Positions 24,676 to 34,021 of a stretch of DNA of 34,021 nt are shown one piece after another. The position numbers were made by a program, and so were the translations under genes. The stretch is from a virus. The DNA is taken from the IMG/VR virus record IMGVR_UViG_3300035034_002581; one strand, given 5' to 3'. The notes beneath the pieces were generated by a model that saw only the letters and a program-made list of their open reading frames with translations, had not been told where the DNA came from and made no database searches. Positions within the stretch are counted from its first letter, which is position 1. Each line of letters opens with the position of its first letter.

Positions 24676-25067
24676 TAGAATATAAACTCTGCTCCGTGAG
24701 CTTGATTAATAGTTCTACCGCCTATCTTGGTAATTTTGACTATTTCGACACCAGGGACAGATCTTACTTCTTTTCCTAGAGCAACAATCGATTGTTTCAT
24801 ATCTGACGTTGTGGGCATGTATTTGATTTCCAGCTCTAGGATATCCCTTCCTGCCTGTATTCTCTTAATTGGTACAGTTTGTCTAACAATAGAAACGCCC
24901 TTGATTATTCTGATGTTCGTCATAATGTCAGGTACAGTGGGAGAGTCTGGGTTTTCTTTTGTTGAAGTTGCAACTCTTAACCTAACTTCTACAGTCATGA
25001 TGTCAGACGTCACACCAAAAGACTCAATCATTCTTCTAACGTATGTTCTTAAGATTTTATCTTGCAT
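24675..25067 (-). CDS. hypothetical protein (130 aa)
   Basis: ATG start. Confidence 0.5.
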   Translation of the reverse strand: MQDKILRTYVRRMIESFGVTSDIMTVEVRLRVATSTKENPDSPTVPDIMTNIRIIKGVSIVRQTVPIKRIQAGRDILELEIKYMPTTSDMKQSIVALGKEVRSVPGVEIVKITKIGGRTINQAHGAEFIF

Positions 25068-25106
25068 CGGTTGTTTGTTCCTATAATAACTATACGTCTA
25101 TACAGC

Positions 25107-26003
25107 TTACTTTGTGACTTTAAACTTAGCTGTGCCTTGAGTGATTATACTGAACAATAAGTTTTTGTCGAGATCCTGGTTTTTGATTATTCTGAATCCA
25201 TCTGGGTGAACTAAGATCACACCTGCTGTGTGGCCAAATACATCAGATGCCTTTGCGGCATTTTTCCAGACTTCATCGATGAAGTCATCAGGATTATTAA
25301 ATGGCTCATGGTTAAATACAGATGCAAAAATCTCTTTGTCATCAACTTTTAGATCTTTCTTTGAAAGGTTGAGTTCATGACCTAGTTTAATGTAAGTCTT
25401 TACTCCAATCTCTTGAGAAACTGTGTGATCTTCATCACCCATTTCAACTTTCTTTTGGTCATCACTTAGAGTATTTTCATCGATCAGCTTTTTAATTAGG
25501 TTCAAAATATTTCTAAGTCTTTCTATGCGGCCTTTTGAGACTTCTCCTTTTTTGATCATGGGCTCGTCTTTTATCAAAAAATCCCGAATCATTTCGATGT
25601 TTTCTTTGCTTAGAATCGCTGTGACATCTGCGCTTCTTTGAACAATGTTAAGCCCTTTTCGAAGCTTTCTTACAGCATCTTCAAGATCGTTTCGTGTCTT
25701 TGAGATAGCAGCTTTACCCTCAGTTCCAGGCCGAATAGTTCCATCAGGGGAAGGCTCTTTGATTTCCCACTTTTGCCCTTCTGGATCTAAAATGTCATAA
25801 GAGACATTGCCACCTTGTACTTCTCCACCAAGTACAAAAGCAATCCTGTCTTCTCCAGGTCCCACGCCGATGCGATGGTGATAGTCAATGACTAAAGAGT
25901 CTTCGGGCCAAGGTTGCCACCCGGTTTTGCCTTTCAGATTGTACCGAGGCTTCTTTCTTCCCTCGCTTAAGATAGAGGCAATGTAAGTTCTTAGTGTGTC
26001 CAT
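25107..26003 (-). CDS. hypothetical protein (about 298 aa from ATG); possible PD-(D/E)xK-like motif (DILDPEGQKWEIK)
   Basis: The ATG lies 6 nt after the GroEL stop. The track's TTG at 26057 would overlap GroEL by 46 nt. Confidence 0.45.
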   Translation of the reverse strand: MDTLRTYIASILSEGRKKPRYNLKGKTGWQPWPEDSLVIDYHHRIGVGPGEDRIAFVLGGEVQGGNVSYDILDPEGQKWEIKEPSPDGTIRPGTEGKAAISKTRNDLEDAVRKLRKGLNIVQRSADVTAILSKENIEMIRDFLIKDEPMIKKGEVSKGRIERLRNILNLIKKLIDENTLSDDQKKVEMGDEDHTVSQEIGVKTYIKLGHELNLSKKDLKVDDKEIFASVFNHEPFNNPDDFIDEVWKNAAKASDVFGHTAGVILVHPDGFRIIKNQDLDKNLLFSIITQGTAKFKVTK

Positions 26004-26011
26004 AGTGTTAA

Positions 26012-27812
<1,801 letters not shown>

Positions 27813-27866
27813 AGTATTAAGCTCCGTTATGTAAAAATACTCATTTGATGTGTTCTGTTAATAGCG

Positions 27867-28121
27867 CTACTTCTTTCTGACAATTCTTCTTCGTCGAGAC
27901 TTTTCAGGAGGTAGTGTTAGCTCTAAGTTTTCTATTTTTTCAATGCAGACAAAATCTTTCCTTTTGATCTTTGTCCTTATGAATACGTAATCATGTAAGA
28001 CAATGTGGAGACTTTTTCCAATTACAGCAGGTATTGCTATAATGATACAGTCGTTTTTATCCTTGTCGTCTTTACAATAGACTCTTTGTCCACGTTTTAA
28101 CTTCTGAACATGATTACTCAT
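27867..28121 (-). CDS. hypothetical protein (84 aa), basic C-terminus
   Basis: ATG without a clear SD. Confidence 0.4.
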   Translation of the reverse strand: MSNHVQKLKRGQRVYCKDDKDKNDCIIIAIPAVIGKSLHIVLHDYVFIRTKIKRKDFVCIEKIENLELTLPPEKSRRRRIVRKK

Positions 28122-28209
28122 TACAAAACACTGCTAAATCGAATGTTCATGCTGTCAGGTATCTTACGTGTAGTGTTAACGTTTGTGTTAAGTGTCATTG
28201 CTTTCCTTG

Positions 28210-29007
28210 TTATCTTACAAGGCTTGAAAATGTGGCGGTCCATTTATTCCAAGTTTTCTCTTTAGTCATACTATCGAATTCAAACTCTTGGAATTTAGAT
28301 CTAAGCGAATCCCAGTCTCCATTTCCCTTAAAGGTAGTCAAACCATCTACTTCGTGGAGCATGTCTTGAAGTTGAATGAGAGAGAAGTTGCGCTCTTGTT
28401 GCATCTTAAAGTTTTCATCCTTCATTCTTTCTGCTAACAAGTCTGGGTTGTTAACAAGTTTTTCTGCCGTCTTGTCACCAATACCTTTGATGCCCGGAAT
28501 GTTATCAGTCTTGTCTCCTCGAAGAGACTTCCACAGCAAGTAGTTGTAGTCAGGAGCAGGAACGACTTTTTTCTTAATTGGATGCCAAATTGAAGTATTC
28601 TCTAGGTCGTCGTAGACCTGAATAAAGTCTGTGTCCGTCGAGACAATAAAGACGTCGTTTTCACTGTCGTATTTCTTAGCAAGAGAATAGATGACATCAT
28701 CAGCTTCATAGTCTTCATGGCGAATAGACGTAATAGGCATCAGTTCTCTCATCAGTTTCTCAATGATGTCACGTTGCGTTCTAAACGTTTCTGGAGAGCG
28801 CTCTCTATTGCCCTTGTAGTCTGGAAGTAGAGTCTGATTGCCTTTGGGAATGCCTTCAAGTACGAAGTATGCCACATCAGGATTGATCTTTTCTACAATC
28901 GGCCTTAAACCTCTAAAGAAGTTGAACACAATATTGTGTTCACCTTTTCCAAACCCGAATCGTGCGCGATGCATCAAGTTGTATGCGTCTAAAATTAAAA
29001 CTCTCAC
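28210..29007 (-). CDS. flap endonuclease / 5'-3' exonuclease (T4 RNase H / Pol I 5'-nuclease family)
   Basis: The N-terminus VLILDAYNLMHRA, the acidic clusters (DVFIVSTDTDFIQ) and a helix-3-turn-helix GIKGIGDKTAEKL are typical of FEN/53EXO. The start is GTG, with an AAGGAG SD 7 nt upstream. Confidence 0.8.
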   Translation of the reverse strand: MRVLILDAYNLMHRARFGFGKGEHNIVFNFFRGLRPIVEKINPDVAYFVLEGIPKGNQTLLPDYKGNRERSPETFRTQRDIIEKLMRELMPITSIRHEDYEADDVIYSLAKKYDSENDVFIVSTDTDFIQVYDDLENTSIWHPIKKKVVPAPDYNYLLWKSLRGDKTDNIPGIKGIGDKTAEKLVNNPDLLAERMKDENFKMQQERNFSLIQLQDMLHEVDGLTTFKGNGDWDSLRSKFQEFEFDSMTKEKTWNKWTATFSSLVR

Positions 29008-29055
29008 AATTGTCTCCTTTTGATCATAATATCACATGATCAGGACAATTTACAT

Positions 29056-29526
29056 TCAGAGCTGTTCTGGAGGCATCTTAATGTTAACTTTAGCAATCTG
29101 GCCATTTGGAAGAGTTATTGTTTGACTCGTTGGTCGTGTCTCTTCCTCTTCGACACTTTCGTCTTCTTCGTTTTTAGTTTTTGAATCGTCAATAAGAGAG
29201 TCGATGTTGTCGCTTTCTTCAGGCTTTGTTTCTTCTTTAACAAAGTATGTATTAGCAATTTTTTCTGCATTGTCTACCATCTTATCGATAGCACGTTCAG
29301 CGTTTTTCTTTAAATGTAGTTTAATTTCTTCTACGCTGTTAAACAGCTGACCTTTGACCTTATCAATAGGAACGCTACGAATATCTTTCTGTGGTAGCGT
29401 TACCATATAAGACACTTTAAGACCTGACACTTTCTTGCGAGTTACTTCTTCAGAGATCTGCAAAGGAAAGATCTTATTTGATTCAGCTGCGAGGACGTAG
29501 ATTATTTGTCCCACGAAATATTTCAT
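29056..29526 (-). CDS. hypothetical protein with a highly acidic C-terminal region (156 aa)
   Basis: ATG with an AAGGT SD. Confidence 0.5.
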   Translation of the reverse strand: MKYFVGQIIYVLAAESNKIFPLQISEEVTRKKVSGLKVSYMVTLPQKDIRSVPIDKVKGQLFNSVEEIKLHLKKNAERAIDKMVDNAEKIANTYFVKEETKPEESDNIDSLIDDSKTKNEEDESVEEEETRPTSQTITLPNGQIAKVNIKMPPEQL

Positions 29527-29578
29527 TGTGTGTACCTTTTCATATGGTCTATCATATGAAATTAAAGATCTTGTGTAT

Positions 29579-29610
29579 AAAAAAAAAGATGCCGCAATAA
29601 TTGCGGCATC
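29579..29610 (-). terminator. intrinsic terminator (minus strand): GATGCCGCAAT/ATTGCGGCATC hairpin followed by T9
   Basis: A perfect 10-11-bp stem followed by nine U residues on the minus strand. It lies between genes 29616..29798 and 29056..29526. Confidence 0.7.
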
Positions 29611-29615
29611 TTCAA

Positions 29616-29798
29616 TTATCTTTGAGATCTCTTATCAAGCTCAGCAGTTTCAACCAAAATGGCTTCACCTGACTGGCGTGTGTACTCTGACAAATCGAGT
29701 GACTTAAGCTCATTGACAAGTCTTGTCTCTTCTCTGTACCCACCGTATGTGGTGTATATTCTGACAAGTCTATCGATTAGCGAATCATGTAACTTCAT
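29616..29798 (-). CDS. hypothetical protein (60 aa)
   Basis: ATG with a GGAG SD. Confidence 0.45.
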   Translation of the reverse strand: MKLHDSLIDRLVRIYTTYGGYREETRLVNELKSLDLSEYTRQSGEAILVETAELDKRSQR

Positions 29799-29816
29799 TT
29801 TAAACTCCGGGTAGGT

Positions 29817-30116
29817 TTATTCCCCAGTGCTTTTAAATCCTAAACCTAGAAGTCCAAGAGTGACGTTTCCTGTTCTGGAGTTGTTAGGCTTTTTCTGCCC
29901 AGAGAACATCCAGCTTGAGTCAGATCCTTCTTTAGCTTCCTGAACAATTGATTCGATCTCTGCTCTAATTGCCTTCCTGATCTGATTTTCAACAAGCTTC
30001 TGCTTGCTTTGTCTCTTTCTAGGTGAAGCACTTTCATTAAGAGTCGTTGAATCAGACTGTGAGTCTGAACCCTTGATCCCTGAAAGTTTGAGCATACGAT
30101 TTGAGTTGAATTCCAT
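29817..30116 (-). CDS. hypothetical Ser/Asp-rich protein (99 aa)
   Basis: ATG with an AGGAGA SD. I preferred it over the overlapping ORF 29846..30139, which has a GTG start and no SD. Confidence 0.45.
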   Translation of the reverse strand: MEFNSNRMLKLSGIKGSDSQSDSTTLNESASPRKRQSKQKLVENQIRKAIRAEIESIVQEAKEGSDSSWMFSGQKKPNNSRTGNVTLGLLGLGFKSTGE

Positions 30117-30148
30117 GATGTGTTTCTCCTAAGATACACAAATATATA

Positions 30149-30976
30149 TCAGCTCACCAACAATTCATCCGGTAATGATTTAAGCACGTAGGTGAAACGA
30201 CTTTTTTTAGTAGTCGCAATTAAAGATCTTACGCGCTTTCTGCGATTGTTAAACTTATTCTCGATAATTGTTGGCCTGTCTTCTGCACGCTTAATCTTTT
30301 GCTTAATTGCGTACTTCTCTTTTGAAGTCATTTGATTCGCTTGTGTTTCTAGCTTTTTCTTAAGGCTTTCGATGCGGGTTTTATTTTTAAAGAGTTCGTC
30401 AGACTCATCTGTGAAGGTGTCATCGAACTCTTGCTTAAGGATCAATTGTCGCTGCACTTCGCTGTCAATCACTTCGCCCCATAGTACATTTGACTTAGGC
30501 ATTCCTAGATGCTTGATCATTTGAGACTTGCCGCGTGAACCTGTACTTGGATTGTGAAAGTCATCTGGTGTTAGTCCTTCAAAGTGTAACACACAAAACT
30601 TTTCAAATGTCTCATCACTAATAATGTAAACGTAATCTAGGCTTTCTTTGTTTTCAAGCGTTGCATAGTCAGTAGATAGAGAGATCGAGTTGCTACTCTG
30701 GGTCGGTGATGTAGCTTTGCACTCAATTTCTGCATCAATGTCACCGATGTAAATGTCAGCATATCCGGGTCGACCATCTGCTTCTACTTCAACAAATGAC
30801 TTAGAGAGTTCTTGTGCCAAAAACACTTCTTGTGGAAGTGACATAATGATGTTTCTTCGCCCCCGATTCTTTAAAAAGTCAAGGTCGAACTCATTGTGAA
30901 GTGTAGCTTGCCTTCGATGATACTTTACCATCTTTGCAAGGGTAGCTTCAATATGTGCCCTCGTAATGTATGTCAT
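30149..30976 (-). CDS. PD-(D/E)xK nuclease-like protein (275 aa)
   Basis: GYADIYIGDIDAEIECK fits the D ... (D/E)xK pattern. It has a strong SD (CAGGAGGTAAGG) and a promoter motif upstream. Confidence 0.5.
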   Translation of the reverse strand: MTYITRAHIEATLAKMVKYHRRQATLHNEFDLDFLKNRGRRNIIMSLPQEVFLAQELSKSFVEVEADGRPGYADIYIGDIDAEIECKATSPTQSSNSISLSTDYATLENKESLDYVYIISDETFEKFCVLHFEGLTPDDFHNPSTGSRGKSQMIKHLGMPKSNVLWGEVIDSEVQRQLILKQEFDDTFTDESDELFKNKTRIESLKKKLETQANQMTSKEKYAIKQKIKRAEDRPTIIENKFNNRRKRVRSLIATTKKSRFTYVLKSLPDELLVS

Positions 30977-30997
30977 GCCTTACCTCCTGTTACTGTT

Positions 30998-31029
30998 ATT
31001 ATAAAACAGTTAAGAGGTAATTTGCACTC
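30998..31029 (-). promoter_or_regulatory. promoter-like TGAGTGCAAAT-N16-TATAAT upstream of 30149..30976
   Basis: Member of the recurrent motif family. Approximate coordinates. Confidence 0.45.
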
Positions 31030-31035
31030 AATATA

Positions 31036-31389
31036 TTAAGATTTTTCTACGTTGTCTCTTACAGACGCAGATATTTTTCTACCTGCAGCAGATGCTTCTT
31101 TTAGAGGTGCTAGACCAAGTGCTAACCTAACATCGTCGTAAGCCTTTTCGCTTAGCTTATCTTTTAGCACATCCATTCTGGCATACTGCCTAAGATCTGC
31201 CTCGACAATAGGAAGGTCTTCGCCGTCAGGTCCAGGCTCAATTTCACCTGTATCTCTATGTTCCCACAAAAGAATAAATCGAGGCATAGCCTCATCAGGT
31301 GGAACTAAAATGAAAGGTAGTGTCTGAGATACTCCGTGAATATCTTCTTCATACATTATCTCAGGAACCCAATTGTTTTCTTCACTCAT
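31036..31389 (-). CDS. small acidic protein (117 aa from ATG)
   Basis: The ATG at 31387-31389 has a GGAG SD. The track's TTG at 31434 lacks an SD. It is very Asp/Glu-rich. Confidence 0.45.
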   Translation of the reverse strand: MSEENNWVPEIMYEEDIHGVSQTLPFILVPPDEAMPRFILLWEHRDTGEIEPGPDGEDLPIVEADLRQYARMDVLKDKLSEKAYDDVRLALGLAPLKEASAAGRKISASVRDNVEKS

Positions 31390-31436
31390 TGCTTTTAAAC
31401 TCCGTAGTGCCAACATAATCTGATTGACTATCAATG

Positions 31437-32450
31437 TTAATCAAGGTCAACACTTTCTACTTTTGACATGATTAGCTTGACATAAGGATGTTCAGGAGAG
31501 TCAGCAAGACCAGTTTCTTTAATGTGATTTAGAACACCTGTAACTAATGACTTTTTTAATTCATTCTTTATGTTTTCAAGTGCTGACGATTCCATTGAAG
31601 CCTGCTCAGCCTGATCTATATCTGAGGGTACTGATAGATTAATTGTCTTACCCGTGAGATTTGTTAGTTGCTCTAATGTTTCAACTGACTCTATATCTGA
31701 CATGGCTTTGTCAAATTTATTTGCTGTCTTTGATGACATGTCATCAGACTTACTAATAATTCTTTTGGCACCCTGACTGTTTTTAAGAATGTTCTGAACT
31801 TCCGGACTGTTTAAGAAGAACTCAACAGATTCTGAGGAGACACTTTCAACTAAGACTCTACTTTCACGAAGTGCATTCAGCTGCTGAACCATTCCTTTCC
31901 AGTCATTTCTCTTCTTCTTTGTATTGAGCTTGCTGTCTTTGTTTGTCTGATAAAGCTTCTTAGCTGCAGCTGCAAGAGCACCCGCACCTGGTGCTCCAAT
32001 CAATGCGCCTGCAGCGACAAGGGCCGTTGATGGGCTTTTTGTTGCTAGATCTGTTGCAACATATAAGACAGGGTTGAAAAGAAATGCCATCTTTCTTACA
32101 CCAGTATCTGCATCACTCGACACTGTTTCCCAAGCTTTCTTTGTTGCTGGGTCGTTTTCAATAGCTCTAATTGTCTCTTCTTCATGCTTGACAATGCGAT
32201 CTAATTCCATATCAGACCAAGGCATAAGAATCGATAGTGTTCCACTAATTAGCTTGAGAGCAGCAGACTGTGTTCTTGCAGATAGTTTTTGAAGCTCTCC
32301 ACTTATTACCTTTCCTGCATCTTGAAATGGCTTCAGAAACATGTCTCCAAGATCGGAACCATAATCACCAAATGCAGCACCTCCACCTGTTGTTCTCTCT
32401 GACAATGTTTCTCTAACATATTCTCTAAGAAGGTTTTTGCTATTTTTCAT
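31437..32450 (-). CDS. hypothetical protein (337 aa) with a central Gly/Ala-rich hydrophobic segment
   Basis: The ATG at 32448-32450 has a GAGGAA SD. The track's GTG at 32465 overlaps that SD. Confidence 0.55.
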   Translation of the reverse strand: MKNSKNLLREYVRETLSERTTGGGAAFGDYGSDLGDMFLKPFQDAGKVISGELQKLSARTQSAALKLISGTLSILMPWSDMELDRIVKHEEETIRAIENDPATKKAWETVSSDADTGVRKMAFLFNPVLYVATDLATKSPSTALVAAGALIGAPGAGALAAAAKKLYQTNKDSKLNTKKKRNDWKGMVQQLNALRESRVLVESVSSESVEFFLNSPEVQNILKNSQGAKRIISKSDDMSSKTANKFDKAMSDIESVETLEQLTNLTGKTINLSVPSDIDQAEQASMESSALENIKNELKKSLVTGVLNHIKETGLADSPEHPYVKLIMSKVESVDLD

Positions 32451-32476
32451 TACGTCGTTCCTCACTATTAACTATT

Positions 32477-32722
32477 CTATCTCTCTTTCTGTTTCAGTAT
32501 TAACTGGATGCCAGTCAGTTTTTTATACTTTGAACACAGTTCTTTTTCAAATTCATTTAGGCTCTGCTCTTTAGTTTTCGGATCCCTTGTAGAAAATAGT
32601 GTTCTAAGTTTTGGTGGTAATTGAAGCAAAAGAAGCTTCTTAACAACCATCCAATCATCAGTATCTTCCAAGATAATAGCAGCTTCTTTGACTTCATCTA
32701 GAATTCGTTTAGGTAATGCCAT
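32477..32722 (-). CDS. hypothetical protein (81 aa from ATG; the track's TTG extends to 32809)
   Basis: Internal ATG with a weak AAGAG SD. Confidence 0.4.
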   Translation of the reverse strand: MALPKRILDEVKEAAIILEDTDDWMVVKKLLLLQLPPKLRTLFSTRDPKTKEQSLNEFEKELCSKYKKLTGIQLILKQKER

Positions 32723-32849
32723 TTTGTCTCTTTCTGTTATAGGGTTCAATTCAAATCTTACAATACTCTTCAATCTTGTTTTATGAAGAGTGACATTTTT
32801 AGCTAACAAAATGATTTTGAAATTAAATTAAACACCACATCAAGACTGC

Positions 32850-34004
32850 TTATCCTTTAATAATATTCCTGATCAAATTTCTAAGTGATTCAGAAAGAGA
32901 ATGATCTTTAATATACGACACAGCACGCTGCGCGTTTTCAGGATCTCTATCAAGATAAGGTGCCACGTAGTCTTTGTACGAAGTAATGTATTTCTTTAAT
33001 TTAGGATCTTTAGCCATGTAATCTACTAGATCCTCGAACGTACCCACACTCTCAGGACTTGCTCCTATGCCCAAGAACTCAAGTACCTTTGATGGATCGT
33101 TGACTCTTGGAACTACAATCTCTTTGCCACGTGCTACTTGGAGTCCTCCAGGAAAAGAGATTGTCATCTTAATGTTATTTCCAAGCGCTTGTTGTTCAAT
33201 AGATCTTTGCTTTGCAATGTGTGCGAGCATAAGGTTACGATATACACCCTTCACGCGATCATCACCAGTTCCAGACATCATCCATTCAGTATTATCAGGT
33301 GTCTGTGTGAACATAATGTCAATTTGAACATACTCTTGCGTAACCTTACCGGACGGCGTAATGATAGGGTACATAACAGCAGCAAGCTGCCCCACAGCTT
33401 TTACTTTCTTAGCATCATATATCTGCCCAGCATTTTTAACAAATTCTTTCTTGAAGGCCGTCTTGTTACTCTCTCCTATTCCAACAGCAATGTCAAGGTC
33501 GCCTGATCTTGACTTCTTGCCCGTACTTCCTAACATTTTGTATTCTTTGACTCCAACAGGATTCAGTACAGCCTTCAAGAAGTGGTCAAGAGTAGACTTA
33601 ACATTCTCTTTGTCGATCTCAGTGGTAAGTCCTCCATTTGCATCCTTGAATGCATTACCTCCTTCACTTAATGACTTTCTAGTACGCAACCTTAGTAGAC
33701 GAGCTCTATTTTCTTTTATCTTTGCAGGGTTTGCACCGTATGCAAAAAATCCTCTAAGTTTGTTGATAGGAGTGAAGAGGCCAGTAAGCTTACGTGTTTT
33801 ACCCTTCCACTGAAATACGATGCCTTCCACAGACTTTTCAAAGAGTTCTTCTTCACCCACACGATTCAGTGCAACCTTAATTCTTTCAAGCTGCTTAGGA
33901 TCTGCAAGTAGATTTCCGCTTTCAAATGCACTTCGAACCTTTCTAACAAACTGTCGCAAATCATCGCCGCTTTCAGTCCTGTTAGACGCTAGTGCAAACT
34001 CCAT
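32850..34004 (-). CDS. family-X DNA polymerase (Pol beta-like nucleotidyltransferase)
   Basis: LGSTGKKSRSGDLDIAV matches Pol beta GSFRRGAESSGDMDVLL (GS ... SGDxDh). A third carboxylate (VQIDIMF, compare RIDIR) follows about 58 residues later. The thumb onset MMSGTGDDRVKGVYRNLMLAHIA matches YFTGSDIFNKNMRAHA. The N-terminal region is about 150 aa. ATG start. Confidence 0.7.
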   Translation of the reverse strand: MEFALASNRTESGDDLRQFVRKVRSAFESGNLLADPKQLERIKVALNRVGEEELFEKSVEGIVFQWKGKTRKLTGLFTPINKLRGFFAYGANPAKIKENRARLLRLRTRKSLSEGGNAFKDANGGLTTEIDKENVKSTLDHFLKAVLNPVGVKEYKMLGSTGKKSRSGDLDIAVGIGESNKTAFKKEFVKNAGQIYDAKKVKAVGQLAAVMYPIITPSGKVTQEYVQIDIMFTQTPDNTEWMMSGTGDDRVKGVYRNLMLAHIAKQRSIEQQALGNNIKMTISFPGGLQVARGKEIVVPRVNDPSKVLEFLGIGASPESVGTFEDLVDYMAKDPKLKKYITSYKDYVAPYLDRDPENAQRAVSYIKDHSLSESLRNLIRNIIKG

Positions 34005-34021
34005 GTTCTTAAATGCATGTG

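Noticed and set aside
29846-30139. 97-aa ORF almost completely overlapping 29817..30116 in another frame
   Set aside because: It has a GTG start with no SD. The alternative frame has an ATG with an AGGAGA SD and a more protein-like composition.
32850-34004. Interpreting the GS ... DLD ... IDI nucleotidyltransferase as a cGAS/DncV-like CD-NTase (CBASS-type signalling)
   Set aside because: The motif context (SGDLDIAV, then IDI, then TGDD ... AHIA) tracks Pol beta palm and thumb closely. There is a roughly 150-aa N-terminal region consistent with fingers/8-kDa-like domains. The downstream genes do not look like CBASS effectors or Cap2/Cap3.

Overview
The window is a densely packed, strictly unidirectional gene array: every credible gene is on the minus strand, with short or overlapping junctions and many TAATG/ATGA-type stop-start couplings. 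That is the architecture of a large lytic phage or virus-like element. Shine-Dalgarno sites are strong (AGGAGG/GGAGA), and several of the best-supported starts are GTG or TTG. Genes I recognise include an NAD-dependent DNA ligase, a family-X (Pol beta-like) polymerase, a FEN/5'-3' exonuclease, two calcineurin-like phosphoesterases, a GIY-YIG (YhbQ-like) nuclease, two PD-(D/E)xK-like nucleases and a RecA-core (Sak4/RadA-like) ATPase. There is also a MoxR/CobS-like AAA ATPase next to a VWA protein carrying an HExxH motif, a peptide deformylase, and a full-length GroEL with a 62-aa half-GroES immediately upstream. Further calls are a sigma-70-family factor whose region 4.2 is strongly divergent, a CYTH protein, a PAS-like protein, a WGR-like protein, an MT-A70-like protein with a degenerate catalytic motif, and a lipoprotein. 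The most striking signal is a recurrent promoter-like motif, TGTG(C/T)AAAT-N15/16-TA(T/C/G)AAT, found at 13 or more intergenic sites upstream of minus-strand genes. It could be the cognate promoter of the encoded sigma factor. Two intrinsic terminators are present. I found no rRNA, tRNA or CRISPR. The plus-strand ORFs in the track look like antisense artefacts. Coordinates of non-CDS features were read by eye and may be off by a few nucleotides (up to one 10-nt block).
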